From: Octopus vulgaris
Taxonomy: Eukaryota
Assembly (NCBI GenBank): GCA_951406725.2
Contig: OX597823.1
Coordinates: 23,560,001-23,624,000 of the forward strand
DNA length: 64,000 nt
Direction: 5' to 3'
Under the pieces are notes generated by a model. That model was not told where the DNA came from and did no database searches. It saw nothing but the letters and a program-made list of their open reading frames with translations. The position numbers and the translations under genes are program-made. Positions 54,001 through 61,922 of the stretch are shown here, piece by piece (the stretch's first letter is position 1; every line of letters begins with the position of its first letter).

Positions 54001-57000
54001 TGTATACATTGAAAATAAAGATAAGGATGACGATGCAATCCTCTTGAGTGTACAAGGATCTCTATCAATGATCCCTGTAAACTCTATGGCCAAGTGTCCT
54101 CTCTAGTTATTGTTCTCTGACCTGCAGGTTTATTTATTTTGGTCTCTTGTCAACTTTTGCCACTTTCAACTTACTTCTCTTGAGGAAAGTGCCTTCCTCT
54201 CCATTCTCACCATCTTTACCAGTGAAACTTTAAAAATGTTGATGAGGTATCGACCAAAGAGGAAAGTCAGTGTCAACAGACCTAGTATCATCCTCCATGC
54301 AACCACTTTTTGCTGTAACAACCAGAGAAGAAAACTATCTTCTCTGCCTGGTTAATGGAGGGTGTGTTGCAATCATCATGATTCCCATCGCTGGCGAGTA
54401 GATCCATCTCTTTACAAAAACAGCAGCTGTTTGACACTCTACATGTCAATTATGCTTGGATAATGAAAGAGTGTATGCAACATGATTTTGTTTTACTGCA
54501 TGCATCTTACATAGGCCTGCCTGACCCCTAACCCAGCTAAGATTAAACCACTGTATTTGGCATTTATTGATCTGGAGAAAGCCTTTGACAGAGCCCTTTA
54601 GTCTGTGATATGGAGGTCTCTGAGAAAGCTTGTGAAAGCTGTACAAGCCATGCTCATGAGTGCTATTGGAAAGGTGAAAATTAGTCATGAATACAGTGAC
54701 AAATTTAGTGTGCATGTAGGTTTTTAGTCTCCTCCTTATTCATCATTGTCTTCCAGGCCTTAACAGAGGAACTTAAGATTGGCTTCTCTTTGGAACAACT
54801 ATATGCTGATTGTCTCACTCTCATAGTGGAATCTGTAACAGAATTAGAAAAGAAATTACTACTGTGAAAATGAAACCTGTAATCAAATGGTCTAAGTTAA
54901 CTTAGTAAAGACTAAGGATATGGTAAGCAAGAAAGCAGATAGGACCCTACATACTCAAGTAAATGGCCTTGCTCAATATTTAGAAATAATGTAGGCAGTC
55001 ATTTCATACAGTGTACATAGTGCAAGCTATGAACACACCAGAGATACAGTGGAATTACAGGAAGGTTAATGGAGAAAGTTTTTGTAAGTGGAAGATGTCT
55101 GAGGTCACATGTGAAATTGAATTTCTCAAATGCCTAGGAGGCTCCCTAGAGGCAGTAGATAGTTTGTTACCTAGGTGACCTAATTAGCAGTGAAGGAGGA
55201 TGTTCTGAAAGAGTAGTCTCTGGAATGAGAATAGGACAGGGAAAGTTCAGAGAACTGTTACCTTTGTTGGTAACTAATTGTCTCTATCTCAAGTAAAAGG
55301 CTGATCATATGATGCTTGTATACATACAGCAATGTTACATGGTAGTGAAATTTGACTCCTGAATGCAGAGTACATGTAAGGACTAATGAAGAATGAAGTC
55401 AGTATGCTCTGCTGGATTTGCAATACTTGTGTGCATGTACAACAAAGTGCGAATGTATTGAGAGAAAAGTTAGGCATAAGAGGACTCAGATGTAGCATAC
55501 AAGAGAGAAAACTGCTCTGGGTTGATCATGTGATGCATAAGGATAAGGACAGTTATATAAAGAAGTGCCGGTTTCTTAAAGTCAATGGAACTTGATTGGA
55601 AAATATAGGATGAAGTATTGAAGGCTGATCTCAAGATGCTGAGCCTTACTGAGAAGATAGCAAAAGACAGATTATTAACATTTTTCTGTGCTTATAATGA
55701 CATTCTCTCTAACATGTCAAGTATTCTCCACTCATGCAGTATTATGTGGCTGCTGTACTCACCTGAGAGCAGTATCAGCACATATTACATCTCATCTCCT
55801 TCAAAACAATCCCCCCTCCCCATTGGAACTACTTTCATTTCTCATCATCCCTACCCAAACTATTTCAACCAATCACTACCTTTCAGTACCTTCAGCCACT
55901 GCTCTCTCTATTCTCTTCTATATTCCATTCTAAACACCTCTTTTATCTGCTATTATTGTCAATAATCATTATGATCCACCTACTAAAGCCCCTTATGTAT
56001 TCCTATATCTCATTTCTGCTCTGACACGTTACCCATCATTCTTTCTTTTCTTCCCTCCTTCTTGAACACTCAGATATCTTCCACTTTAATTCCTCTGTAT
56101 ACTGGTATTTCCTATCATCAGTTCCACCACCCTTGTTCATCACTCATCACATTAACCTCTATTGCCACCTGTTTACTCTCCACTCACACTCTTATGAAGG
56201 GATCCACTATCACATCTCCTCCCATGATTTTCCATTTGTATTTTATACTCACCTTCTTGTTGCTTGAGAGCTTGCTCTAGCAACACTTCACTGTCTTCCT
56301 TGTACTGTTTTTAGCCATGAATCTCCTCTAGAGAAAGAGACCTGTACTTGTCCTATATCACAAATTAGCTTTTCAACACTTGACATACAGCCATACACTT
56401 ACACCTTCCCCTCCTGAATATTTCCTCTTGGTAGGGAGCTTTTCCCAAATCCTTTTCTCTTTGTTACATAGCACCCTCAATAGTACCAGTTGCTCAAAAA
56501 GGGTACCCTGTACACTTTGTAAAGTGGTTGGCATTAGGAAGAGCATCCAACTGTAGAAACCATGCCAAAGATGACGCTGGAGCTTGATGCAATCCTGCAG
56601 CTCCCCGCTTACCTCTCTAACTTTCATAACCATGCTAGCATGGAAAGCATATGATGATGATGAAAACGATTATGATGATGATGCTATTCTGGCTGGGTAT
56701 GGACCACGTTAATCTCATAAGAGTAGACCTAAGAATTTCAAGACATAACTGTTTCTACTTGACTAACTTAACAAAATATAAAAATACCTCCTCATCCTAA
56801 AAAATTATGCATTTATTATTTAGAAACATGGCCAAATATAATCAGAAAAAAGGAGAAATCAATGAGATTGTGTGATATTCATGTTCTCTTTACTGTCTAT
56901 GTAAAGTGAACTGACTTAGACTGAGTATCAAACCCAAATCATTGACTTCTCAATCAACACTTATATTAAAAGAATGAGGGCAAAAATACTCAGGATAATT

Positions 57001-57857
57001 CCCTGCATGGAAAACAAATAGTAAAGTGGCTACTAATTGAAGCAAGATATAATTGATTAAAATTTCACCCTCAGAGTGTGGTAAGATAACCTCATAAAGA
57101 TAGACACTTTTTTTAACATTACTAACCACGTAACTAACCATATAAGTTAAATCCTTTTATGTTCTATGTTCCAATCCCAACAGGTTGTATTTTGCCTCAC
57201 ATATTTCTGAAGGCTATTAAAAAAGCACTAATCAAATACTGAGGTTCATTTATTTTTATCTATCCTTACTGCAGATTCTGTGGCCCTGTGCTTAATTTAG
57301 GAACCATTATCATTAATGTTGGTAACATCGACAATAATTATAATTAATCTTGTCATTAAGGATGATGGATTGACAGAACCTTCAGAGCATGAGACAAAAT
57401 ATGTTGAGATATTTGTTCTTACTATTTATATTCTAAGTTCAAATCCTGCTGATGTCAACTTTGTTGTTCCAGGGCTGTTAAAATACAATGCCAGTCAAGT
57501 GTAGGGGCCAATTTATTTGACCAATTCCTAACTTAAAGTTTTGGCCTTATTGCTATGTTAGAAATTAATATTATTATTGTTATTTTTCATTGGCCTAAAT
57601 TTTACATTAACTTTTAGATCCTCAGATCCATTTTGTGAAAGTAAAAGATTCGGTTCTGGATGTATCTGGAAAAATATTGTGGAAGAAGAAAAATGTAACA
57701 ACAGAAGCCTGTGCAGAAAAATGTTTGTCTGACAAAACTTGTTTATCATTTGAAATAAATCGCAAAAGTGGAAAATGTTACTTATCAAAGAAAACTGCAG
57801 CTTCTGTCAAGAAATTAAAGTTAGCTGAAAGTAGAGATTACTACCAACGAGTAAAAT
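7910..57857 (+). CDS. Multi-exon gene (partial) for a modular extracellular PAN/apple + Sushi/CCP repeat protein; 11 exons, 759 codons in window
   Basis: Eleven exons with polypyrimidine-AG acceptors and GT donors, all phase 1-1 and all multiples of 3 (3x234, 5x171, 3x240 nt); no stops inside exons or at junction codons; conserved Cys patterns; start and stop not securely in window. Confidence 0.88.
8610..8785. repeat. (TA)n/(TACA)n microsatellite
   Basis: Direct reading. Confidence 0.95.
8786..10051 (+). mobile_element. Tc1/mariner-superfamily relic with TIRs and TA TSD
   Basis: ta|cagggtgcgatgggtaaattgtc ... acaatttattcaccacaccctg|ta; FSDEK, KTKHP, PPNFPD fragments. Confidence 0.9.
10353..10680 (-). 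mobile_element. Mariner 3' fragment
   Basis: [17 protein letters not shown]; terminal aaggtggtatcaaaaggttcc. Confidence 0.8.
10680..11975 (-). mobile_element. Decayed mariner (Mos1-like) transposase
   Basis: [19 protein letters not shown]; [16 protein letters not shown]; end cttacgggatgaccagata. Confidence 0.9.
12262..12432 (+). CDS. Exon S1: short Sushi/CCP domain
   Basis: atttcAG|tt ... aatg|GTaat; DCGPP...EVTYSC...C...WTP...C. Confidence 0.9.
12475..13170 (+). mobile_element. Helitron-like 5' terminus and CT-rich internal sequence
   Basis: a|TCtctatattataattctgaaatg...gtttgtttgtttgtc begins exactly where S1/S2 flank similarity ends. Confidence 0.5.
13270..15452 (-). mobile_element. Truncated Ty3/Gypsy element: gag (CCHC), aspartic protease, RT, start of RNase H
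   Basis: [14 protein letters not shown]; [15 protein letters not shown]; [25 protein letters not shown]; no LTRs seen. Confidence 0.93.
15455..15550. repeat. (CA)n microsatellite at the left boundary of the S2 duplicate
   Basis: Direct reading. Confidence 0.95.
15712..15882 (+). CDS. Exon S2: short Sushi/CCP domain (recent duplicate of S1)
   Basis: atttcAG|gc ... aaag|GTaat; [10 protein letters not shown]...VTYSCPSG...[14 protein letters not shown]. Confidence 0.9.
16760..17100 (-). mobile_element. L1/Tx1-like LINE remnant
   Basis: GLDGLPYEF motif from the RT N-terminal region. Confidence 0.5.
18605..19714 (+). mobile_element. Decayed mariner inserted in the Helitron
   Basis: [36 protein letters not shown]; end tttatgggatgacccaata as in the 10680-11975 family. 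Confidence 0.88.
20191..21370 (-). mobile_element. Small non-autonomous LTR element (TRIM-like)
   Basis: ~150 nt direct repeats 20191-20341 and ~21220-21370, both ending gtctgccacaaca; cctccctcct (PPT on minus strand) abuts the left repeat; ~85 nt internal tandem repeats. Confidence 0.75.
24111..24350 (+). CDS. Exon B1: PAN/apple domain, type B (Lys-rich)
   Basis: attctAG|at ... aaat|GTaat; [17 protein letters not shown]...CYLS...DYYQR. Confidence 0.9.
25062..25790 (+). mobile_element. Internally deleted mariner
   Basis: [19 protein letters not shown]; [11 protein letters not shown]. Confidence 0.85.
25960..26320 (-). mobile_element. 3' fragment of R4/Dong-like LINE
   Basis: [43 protein letters not shown]. 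Confidence 0.8.
27893..28126 (+). CDS. Exon A2: PAN/apple domain, type A
   Basis: tttttccAG|ct ... acag|GTcag; [30 protein letters not shown]. Confidence 0.9.
28600..30790 (+). mobile_element. Decayed copy of the same RTE family (APE+RT)
   Basis: [35 protein letters not shown] fragments matching the intact ORF; many stops and frameshifts. Confidence 0.92.
30795..32200 (-). mobile_element. Decayed Gypsy gag-protease fragment
   Basis: [36 protein letters not shown]; similar to the 13270-15452 element. Confidence 0.82.
32211..32490 (-). mobile_element. RTE-3'-tail repeat (SINE or 5'-truncated LINE); other copies ~8447-8610, 10060-10335, 18238-18605 plus, 23078-23400, 33840-34060, 39888-40235, 56480-56685 plus
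   Basis: (CAT)n-ttccatgctagcatgggtt..ctggatgcccttcctaacgccaaccactc shared with the RTE 3' end at 57966-58150. Confidence 0.85.
34291..34461 (+). CDS. Exon S3: short Sushi/CCP domain (absent from the ORF track)
   Basis: atttcAG|tt ... gaag|GTaac; manual translation [57 protein letters not shown]. Confidence 0.9.
38329..38568 (+). CDS. Exon B2: PAN/apple domain, type B
   Basis: gttccAG|aa ... aaac|GTgat; [17 protein letters not shown]...CYLS...DYYQR. Confidence 0.9.
40458..40751. mobile_element. MITE-like foldback element with ~100 nt imperfect TIRs
   Basis: gacaggatgccggatgcactttt.. vs ..aaaagtgcatttgatatcctgtc; flanked by direct repeat tgttatatc (40449-40457, 40752-40760). Confidence 0.75.
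41487..41720 (+). CDS. Exon A3: PAN/apple domain, type A
   Basis: ttttgcAG|cc ... ccag|GTcag; [30 protein letters not shown]. Confidence 0.9.
41815..42245 (+). mobile_element. 3' fragment of RTE LINE
   Basis: Matches AMLHGSETW..RNEASML..QERTLV..GRPRK..W region of the intact ORF. Confidence 0.75.
43300..43408. repeat. (TA)n and (AAT)n microsatellites
   Basis: Direct reading. Confidence 0.95.
43560..44950 (-). mobile_element. Very AT-rich, highly decayed possible Penelope-like remnant
   Basis: LIYTII..IFYTGVS loosely resembles GIY-YIG; bounded by microsatellites. Confidence 0.3.
45196..45366 (+). CDS. Exon S4: short Sushi/CCP domain
   Basis: attccAG|tt ... gaag|GTaac; [14 protein letters not shown]...EVTYICPDG...[14 protein letters not shown]. 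Confidence 0.9.
46565..48908 (+). mobile_element. Mariner with both TIRs, interrupted by LTR-element fragments
   Basis: atgaggtgttatcaaaatgttcctggactagt ... actagtcctggaacgttttgataaaacctcat; [16 protein letters not shown]. Confidence 0.85.
47345..48360 (-). mobile_element. Gypsy-like gag fragment with LTR-like upstream sequence, nested in a mariner
   Basis: [22 protein letters not shown], decayed zinc knuckle ([12 protein letters not shown]). Confidence 0.7.
48915..50560 (-). mobile_element. Decayed LINE (RTE-like, different subfamily)
   Basis: Minus-strand [14 protein letters not shown] and endonuclease-end motif [14 protein letters not shown]. Confidence 0.65.
50880..51250. repeat. Short tandem repeat, period ~160-175 nt, just over 2 copies
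   Basis: ttcaagctga recurs at ~50903, 51078, 51236; ttttgacctacccataaatcaaa and aaatttagtgctccatcc each occur twice. Confidence 0.85.
51552..51722 (+). CDS. Exon S5: short Sushi/CCP domain
   Basis: ttttcAG|ct ... aaag|GTaat; [11 protein letters not shown]...EVTYICPKG...[14 protein letters not shown]. Confidence 0.9.
52283..53535 (-). mobile_element. Decayed restriction-like-endonuclease LINE (R4/Dong-like) 3' half
   Basis: Minus-strand [20 protein letters not shown] zinc knuckle, [16 protein letters not shown]. Confidence 0.8.
54525..55670 (+). mobile_element. Decayed 5'-truncated RTE copy (RT and C-terminus)
   Basis: [22 protein letters not shown]...LREKLGIR...QERKL fragments. Confidence 0.9.
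57618..57857 (+). CDS. Exon B3: PAN/apple domain, type B
   Basis: cttttAG|at ... aaat|GTaat; [17 protein letters not shown]...CYLS...DYYQR. Confidence 0.9.
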
Positions 57858-58581
57858 GTAATTATTCTTTGTATTATATTATTGTTCTTTACCTCACATT
57901 CTGAAATTTGTATTTCCATTTCTACTGAAACAAGCCAGTAAGAATCTGATATGCAATATATATATATCATCATCATCATCATCATCATCATTTAGCGTTC
58001 CGTTTTCCATGCTAGCATGGGTTGGACGGTTCTGCTGGGGTCTGTGAAGCCAGAAGGCTTCATCAGGCCCAGTCAAATCTGGCAGTGTTTCTACGGCTGG
58101 ATGCCCTTCCTAACGCCAACCACTCCGTGAGTGTAGTGGGTGCTTTTTACGTGCCACCCGCACTGGTGCCAGACAGAGCTGGCAAACGGCCACGAACGGA
58201 TGGTGCTTTTTATGTGCCACCGGCACGAGGGCCAGGCGAGGCTGGCAACGGACACGAAACGGGGCGGTGCTGGCAACGGTCGCGAAACGGAAAGTTCTCT
58301 TACATGCCACCGGCACTGGTAACACATCTGCAATTTCCATTGATCGATTTCCATTGATCGATTTCGATTCTGATCCTCACTTGCCTCAATGGGTCTTCAC
58401 AAGCAGAGTTTCGACATGCCACCGGCACTGGTAGCACATCCGCAATTTCCATTGATCGATTTCGATTCTGATCCTCACTTGCCTCAACACGCCTTCACAA
58501 GTAGAGTTTTGTGTCCCAAGAAGGGAAGGTATGCATACGTAGGCTGGCTCCATCCCATGTAGAAGGCCACGGGTTGTGGAC

Positions 58582-61500
58582 TCACTTGTCCTGCCGGGTC
58601 TTCTCGCGCACAGCACACTTCCAGAGGTCTCGGTCTCTAGTCATTTCCTCAGTGAGACCTAAAGTTCGAAGGTCGTGCTTCACCACCTCGTCCCAGGTTT
58701 TCCTGGGTCTGCCTCTTCCACAGGTTCCCTCAACCGCTAGGGCGTGGCACTTTTTCACACAACTATCTTCATCCATTCTCGCCACATGACCATACCAGCG
58801 CAAACGTCTCTCTTGCACACCACAACTGATGCTTCTTAGGTCCAGCTTTTCTCTCAAGGTACTTACACTCTGCCGAGTGTGAGTACTGACATTACACATC
58901 CATCGGAGCATACTGGCTTCATTTCTAGCGAGCTTACGCATATCCTCAGCAGTCACGGCCCATGTTTCACTGCCATGTAGCATGGCTGTTCGTACACACG
59001 CATCATACAGTCTGCCTTTCACTCTGTGCGAGAGGCCTTTTGTCACCAGCAGAGGTAAGAGCTCTCTGAACTTTGCCCAAGCTATTCTTACTCTAGCAGT
59101 TACACTTTCAGCACACCCGCCCCCGCTGCTGACTTGGTCACCTAGGTAACGGAAACTATCAACTATTTCTAGTTTTTCTCCCTGGAAAGTGACAGAAGTT
59201 GGTCTCAGAGCATTTTCAGTGTTTATTGTTCCTGAGCATCTGCCACATACAAAAACCATCTTCCTAGTTAGCCTTCCTTTGACATTGCTGCATCTCTTAT
59301 GTGTCCATAGCTTACACTTGGTGCATCTTATAGAGTTTCTACCTACACCTTTTCTACAGATCGAGCAGGGCCATCTACCTGAAGGTGTTTGTGATTTGTC
59401 AACCTTCCTACCGATTACGACTTTGGTTTTAGCTAGATTGACTCTAAGGCTCTTCGATTCTAATCCTTGTTTCCACACCTGAAACTTCTCCTCCAGTTCT
59501 GATAGCGACTCAGCAATTAGAGCAAGGTCATCAGCATAGAGGAGCTCCCAAGGGCATCCTGTCTTGAATTCCTCCGTTATTGCCTGGAGGACTATGATAA
59601 ATAGGAGGGGGCTGAGTACTGAGCCTTGGTGGACCCCTACCTCTACCCGGAATTCTTCACTGTACTCATTTCCAACCCTCACCCTACTAGCGGCGTCCCT
59701 ATACATGGCCCGCACAGCTCTCACTAACCATTCATCTATCCCTAGTTTTCTCATTGCCCACCAGATAAGGGATCGGGGGACCCTGTCGAAGGCTTTCTCC
59801 ATGTCAACAAAAGCCAGGTACAGGGGCTTATCTTTGGCTAGGTATTTCTCCTGCAGCTGCCTTACCAGGAATATAGCATCAGTAGTACTTTTCCCTGGCA
59901 CAAACCCAAACTGCATCTCATCTAAACTAACTCTCTCTCTAATTAGTTGGGCTATGACCCTCTCTGTAACCTTCATCACCTGGTCCAACAGCTTGATACC
60001 TCTGTAGTTATTTGTATCTAGGGCATCACCTTTACCTTTGTAGCAGTTGACTATTATACTGCTACACCAGTCATTGGGTATGACCCCTTTGTGTATCACC
60101 TGATTAACTATATGGGTGACTAGGCTATAGCCAACACTACCAGACATTTTGAGCATCTCTGCAGTGATTCCTGATGGGCCTGGGGCTTTCCCTGTCTTCA
60201 TGCTTCTAATTGCCTTAGCTACCACAGAACTATCAACTCGGATAGCTGGTCCCTCTGTTGGGTCAACATTCGGCAGACTCTCTTTATCCCATTCATTTTC
60301 TTCATTCAGCAACCTTTCATAGTGGCATCTCCAAACCTCTCTCTTTGCATCCTCATTTAGCGCAAGTGAACCATCTTCCATGCGAACACACTTCTCTCCT
60401 ACCACATCACGATTCTCTCTCACACACTGTCTTGCAACACGAAACACCTCCAGTTTTTGGTCCTCACGGCGCAGAACATTGGCAAATTTTTTCTTATCTG
60501 CTTCCCCTCTGGCTAAATAAACCTGTCTCCTAGCTTCTCTTTTGGCAGTCTGATACAATTCCCTGCTACCCCCATTTTTCCAGACCTTCCAAGCCTGTCT
60601 CTTTTCTCTAATAGCCCTGTCTACAATGTTGTTCCACCACCACGTTATTCTAGGTCGAGAGGGGACTTTGCACCAGCCACAGATCTGGTCAGTGGCTCTC
60701 AGCAGGTTGTCCCTTAGAAACGTCCAGCTGTCTTCTACCCCCTGTGATGCTCTATCCCCTTCTACTTCGTCAGAGGCTTCAAGTAATATGTCCCTAAATC
60801 TCTGTCCATTTGCAGGATCTTTAAGCTTCCAGATCCTTCTTCTCCATATTTGTCGTCTTCTGGTTGTCCTCCTAGTCCTGATCCTAAAGTCACTAACTAC
60901 CAGTCTATGTTGTGGGGTACATTCTTCACCTGGGAAGGTTTTGGCATTTATAAGCAGCCATCTCTCCCTTTGCCTTGTAAGGATGTAGTCAATTTGGCTG
61001 GTATGTTGGCCCGATTGGTAAGTGACTAGGTGGCTGGTAGGTTTCCTGAAGTTAGTGTTGCAAATCATAAGATTATTTGCATCGCAGAACTCCAGCAGCC
61101 TGGTTCCCTCCTCGTTGCGGGAGCCATAGCCATAGCCTCCATGTACGCCATGGAAGCCCCCAGCATGTCGTCCAATGTGACCATTGAAGTCACCAGCCAC
61201 AAAGATAAGGTCTCTGTCGTTCGTCAATGAGGTAGTCTGCAGTAGAGTGTCATAGAATCGGTCTTTCTGTCCATCGGGTAGCCCCGACTGAGGAGCATAG
61301 GCTGATATAATGGTTGCTAAACTATGATGAAGCACTAATCTAATCTTAAGTATTCTGTCACTTACTCTGATTACCTCAATTACTTTATCTACCCATTTCT
61401 CAGCGATAAGTATACCCACGCCACCAACCCCGTCAGTGTTCCCTGCCCAGAAAATCTTGTACCTGCGTTCCTTGCCTGTGAGGAACCTAGCTGATCCTCC

Positions 61501-61749
61501 TCTCCACCTTATTTCTTGCATGCAACATATATCCACACATCTCCGTTCAAGCATCTCGACTATCTCACCAGACCTACCTTTCAGAGTGCCAACGTTGAGG
61601 GTGCCAACCCTGAGGGTGTGGAAGGCATGGGCTCTAGAGACCCTGGGACGGTGGACAGTAGCTTCGTGTACCTGAAAAGAAAGCTCGCACTTGGCAGAAT
61701 TCATGTGCAAAAAATGAAGTAGTAAAGTAGCCTTCAGTACAACCTGCAT
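58582..61749 (-). CDS. RTE-clade LINE ORF: APE endonuclease + reverse transcriptase + Cys-rich finger, intact 1055 aa
   Basis: GTLNVGTL, QEIRW, AYAPQ, GDFNGH, IDYIL (APE); KAPGPSG, QFGF, FVDMEKAFD, GVHQGSVLSP, LYADD, FRYLG (RT); RRLRWYGHVARM and GRPRKTW (RTE C-terminus). Confidence 0.96.
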   Translation of the reverse strand: MQVVLKATLLLHFLHMNSAKCELSFQVHEATVHRPRVSRAHAFHTLRVGTLNVGTLKGRSGEIVEMLERRCVDICCMQEIRWRGGSARFLTGKERRYKIFWAGNTDGVGGVGILIAEKWVDKVIEVIRVSDRILKIRLVLHHSLATIISAYAPQSGLPDGQKDRFYDTLLQTTSLTNDRDLIFVAGDFNGHIGRHAGGFHGVHGGYGYGSRNEEGTRLLEFCDANNLMICNTNFRKPTSHLVTYQSGQHTSQIDYILTRQRERWLLINAKTFPGEECTPQHRLVVSDFRIRTRRTTRRRQIWRRRIWKLKDPANGQRFRDILLEASDEVEGDRASQGVEDSWTFLRDNLLRATDQICGWCKVPSRPRITWWWNNIVDRAIREKRQAWKVWKNGGSRELYQTAKREARRQVYLARGEADKKKFANVLRREDQKLEVFRVARQCVRENRDVVGEKCVRMEDGSLALNEDAKREVWRCHYERLLNEENEWDKESLPNVDPTEGPAIRVDSSVVAKAIRSMKTGKAPGPSGITAEMLKMSGSVGYSLVTHIVNQVIHKGVIPNDWCSSIIVNCYKGKGDALDTNNYRGIKLLDQVMKVTERVIAQLIRERVSLDEMQFGFVPGKSTTDAIFLVRQLQEKYLAKDKPLYLAFVDMEKAFDRVPRSLIWWAMRKLGIDEWLVRAVRAMYRDAASRVRVGNEYSEEFRVEVGVHQGSVLSPLLFIIVLQAITEEFKTGCPWELLYADDLALIAESLSELEEKFQVWKQGLESKSLRVNLAKTKVVIGRKVDKSQTPSGRWPCSICRKGVGRNSIRCTKCKLWTHKRCSNVKGRLTRKMVFVCGRCSGTINTENALRPTSVTFQGEKLEIVDSFRYLGDQVSSGGGCAESVTARVRIAWAKFRELLPLLVTKGLSHRVKGRLYDACVRTAMLHGSETWAVTAEDMRKLARNEASMLRWMCNVSTHTRQSVSTLREKLDLRSISCGVQERRLRWYGHVARMDEDSCVKKCHALAVEGTCGRGRPRKTWDEVVKHDLRTLGLTEEMTRDRDLWKCAVREKTRQDK

Positions 61750-61922
61750 AACGCTAGCCTTTCATATTTTGCACTGTATGAACATTACCTTACATAGGTC
61801 GAGACTAGGGGTAGGGACGGGTAGGGATGGTGAGAGCATTTGCAGTCTTCATGGGAAGCAACCCCGGAATGGAAGAGAAATAGGAACTTCCGGCATGCGT
61901 GGTGGGGGTGGGAGTGCGGGTG

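Noticed and set aside
7834-57904. Treating the PAN and Sushi ORFs as separate single-exon genes with hydrophobic leaders
   Set aside because: The apparent leaders and tails are translated polypyrimidine tracts and intron; similarity starts and stops at AG/GT sites in a consistent phase.
59189-61722. Plus-strand ORFs overlapping the RTE ORF
   Set aside because: Antisense shadows of a long intact coding sequence, with no motifs of their own.
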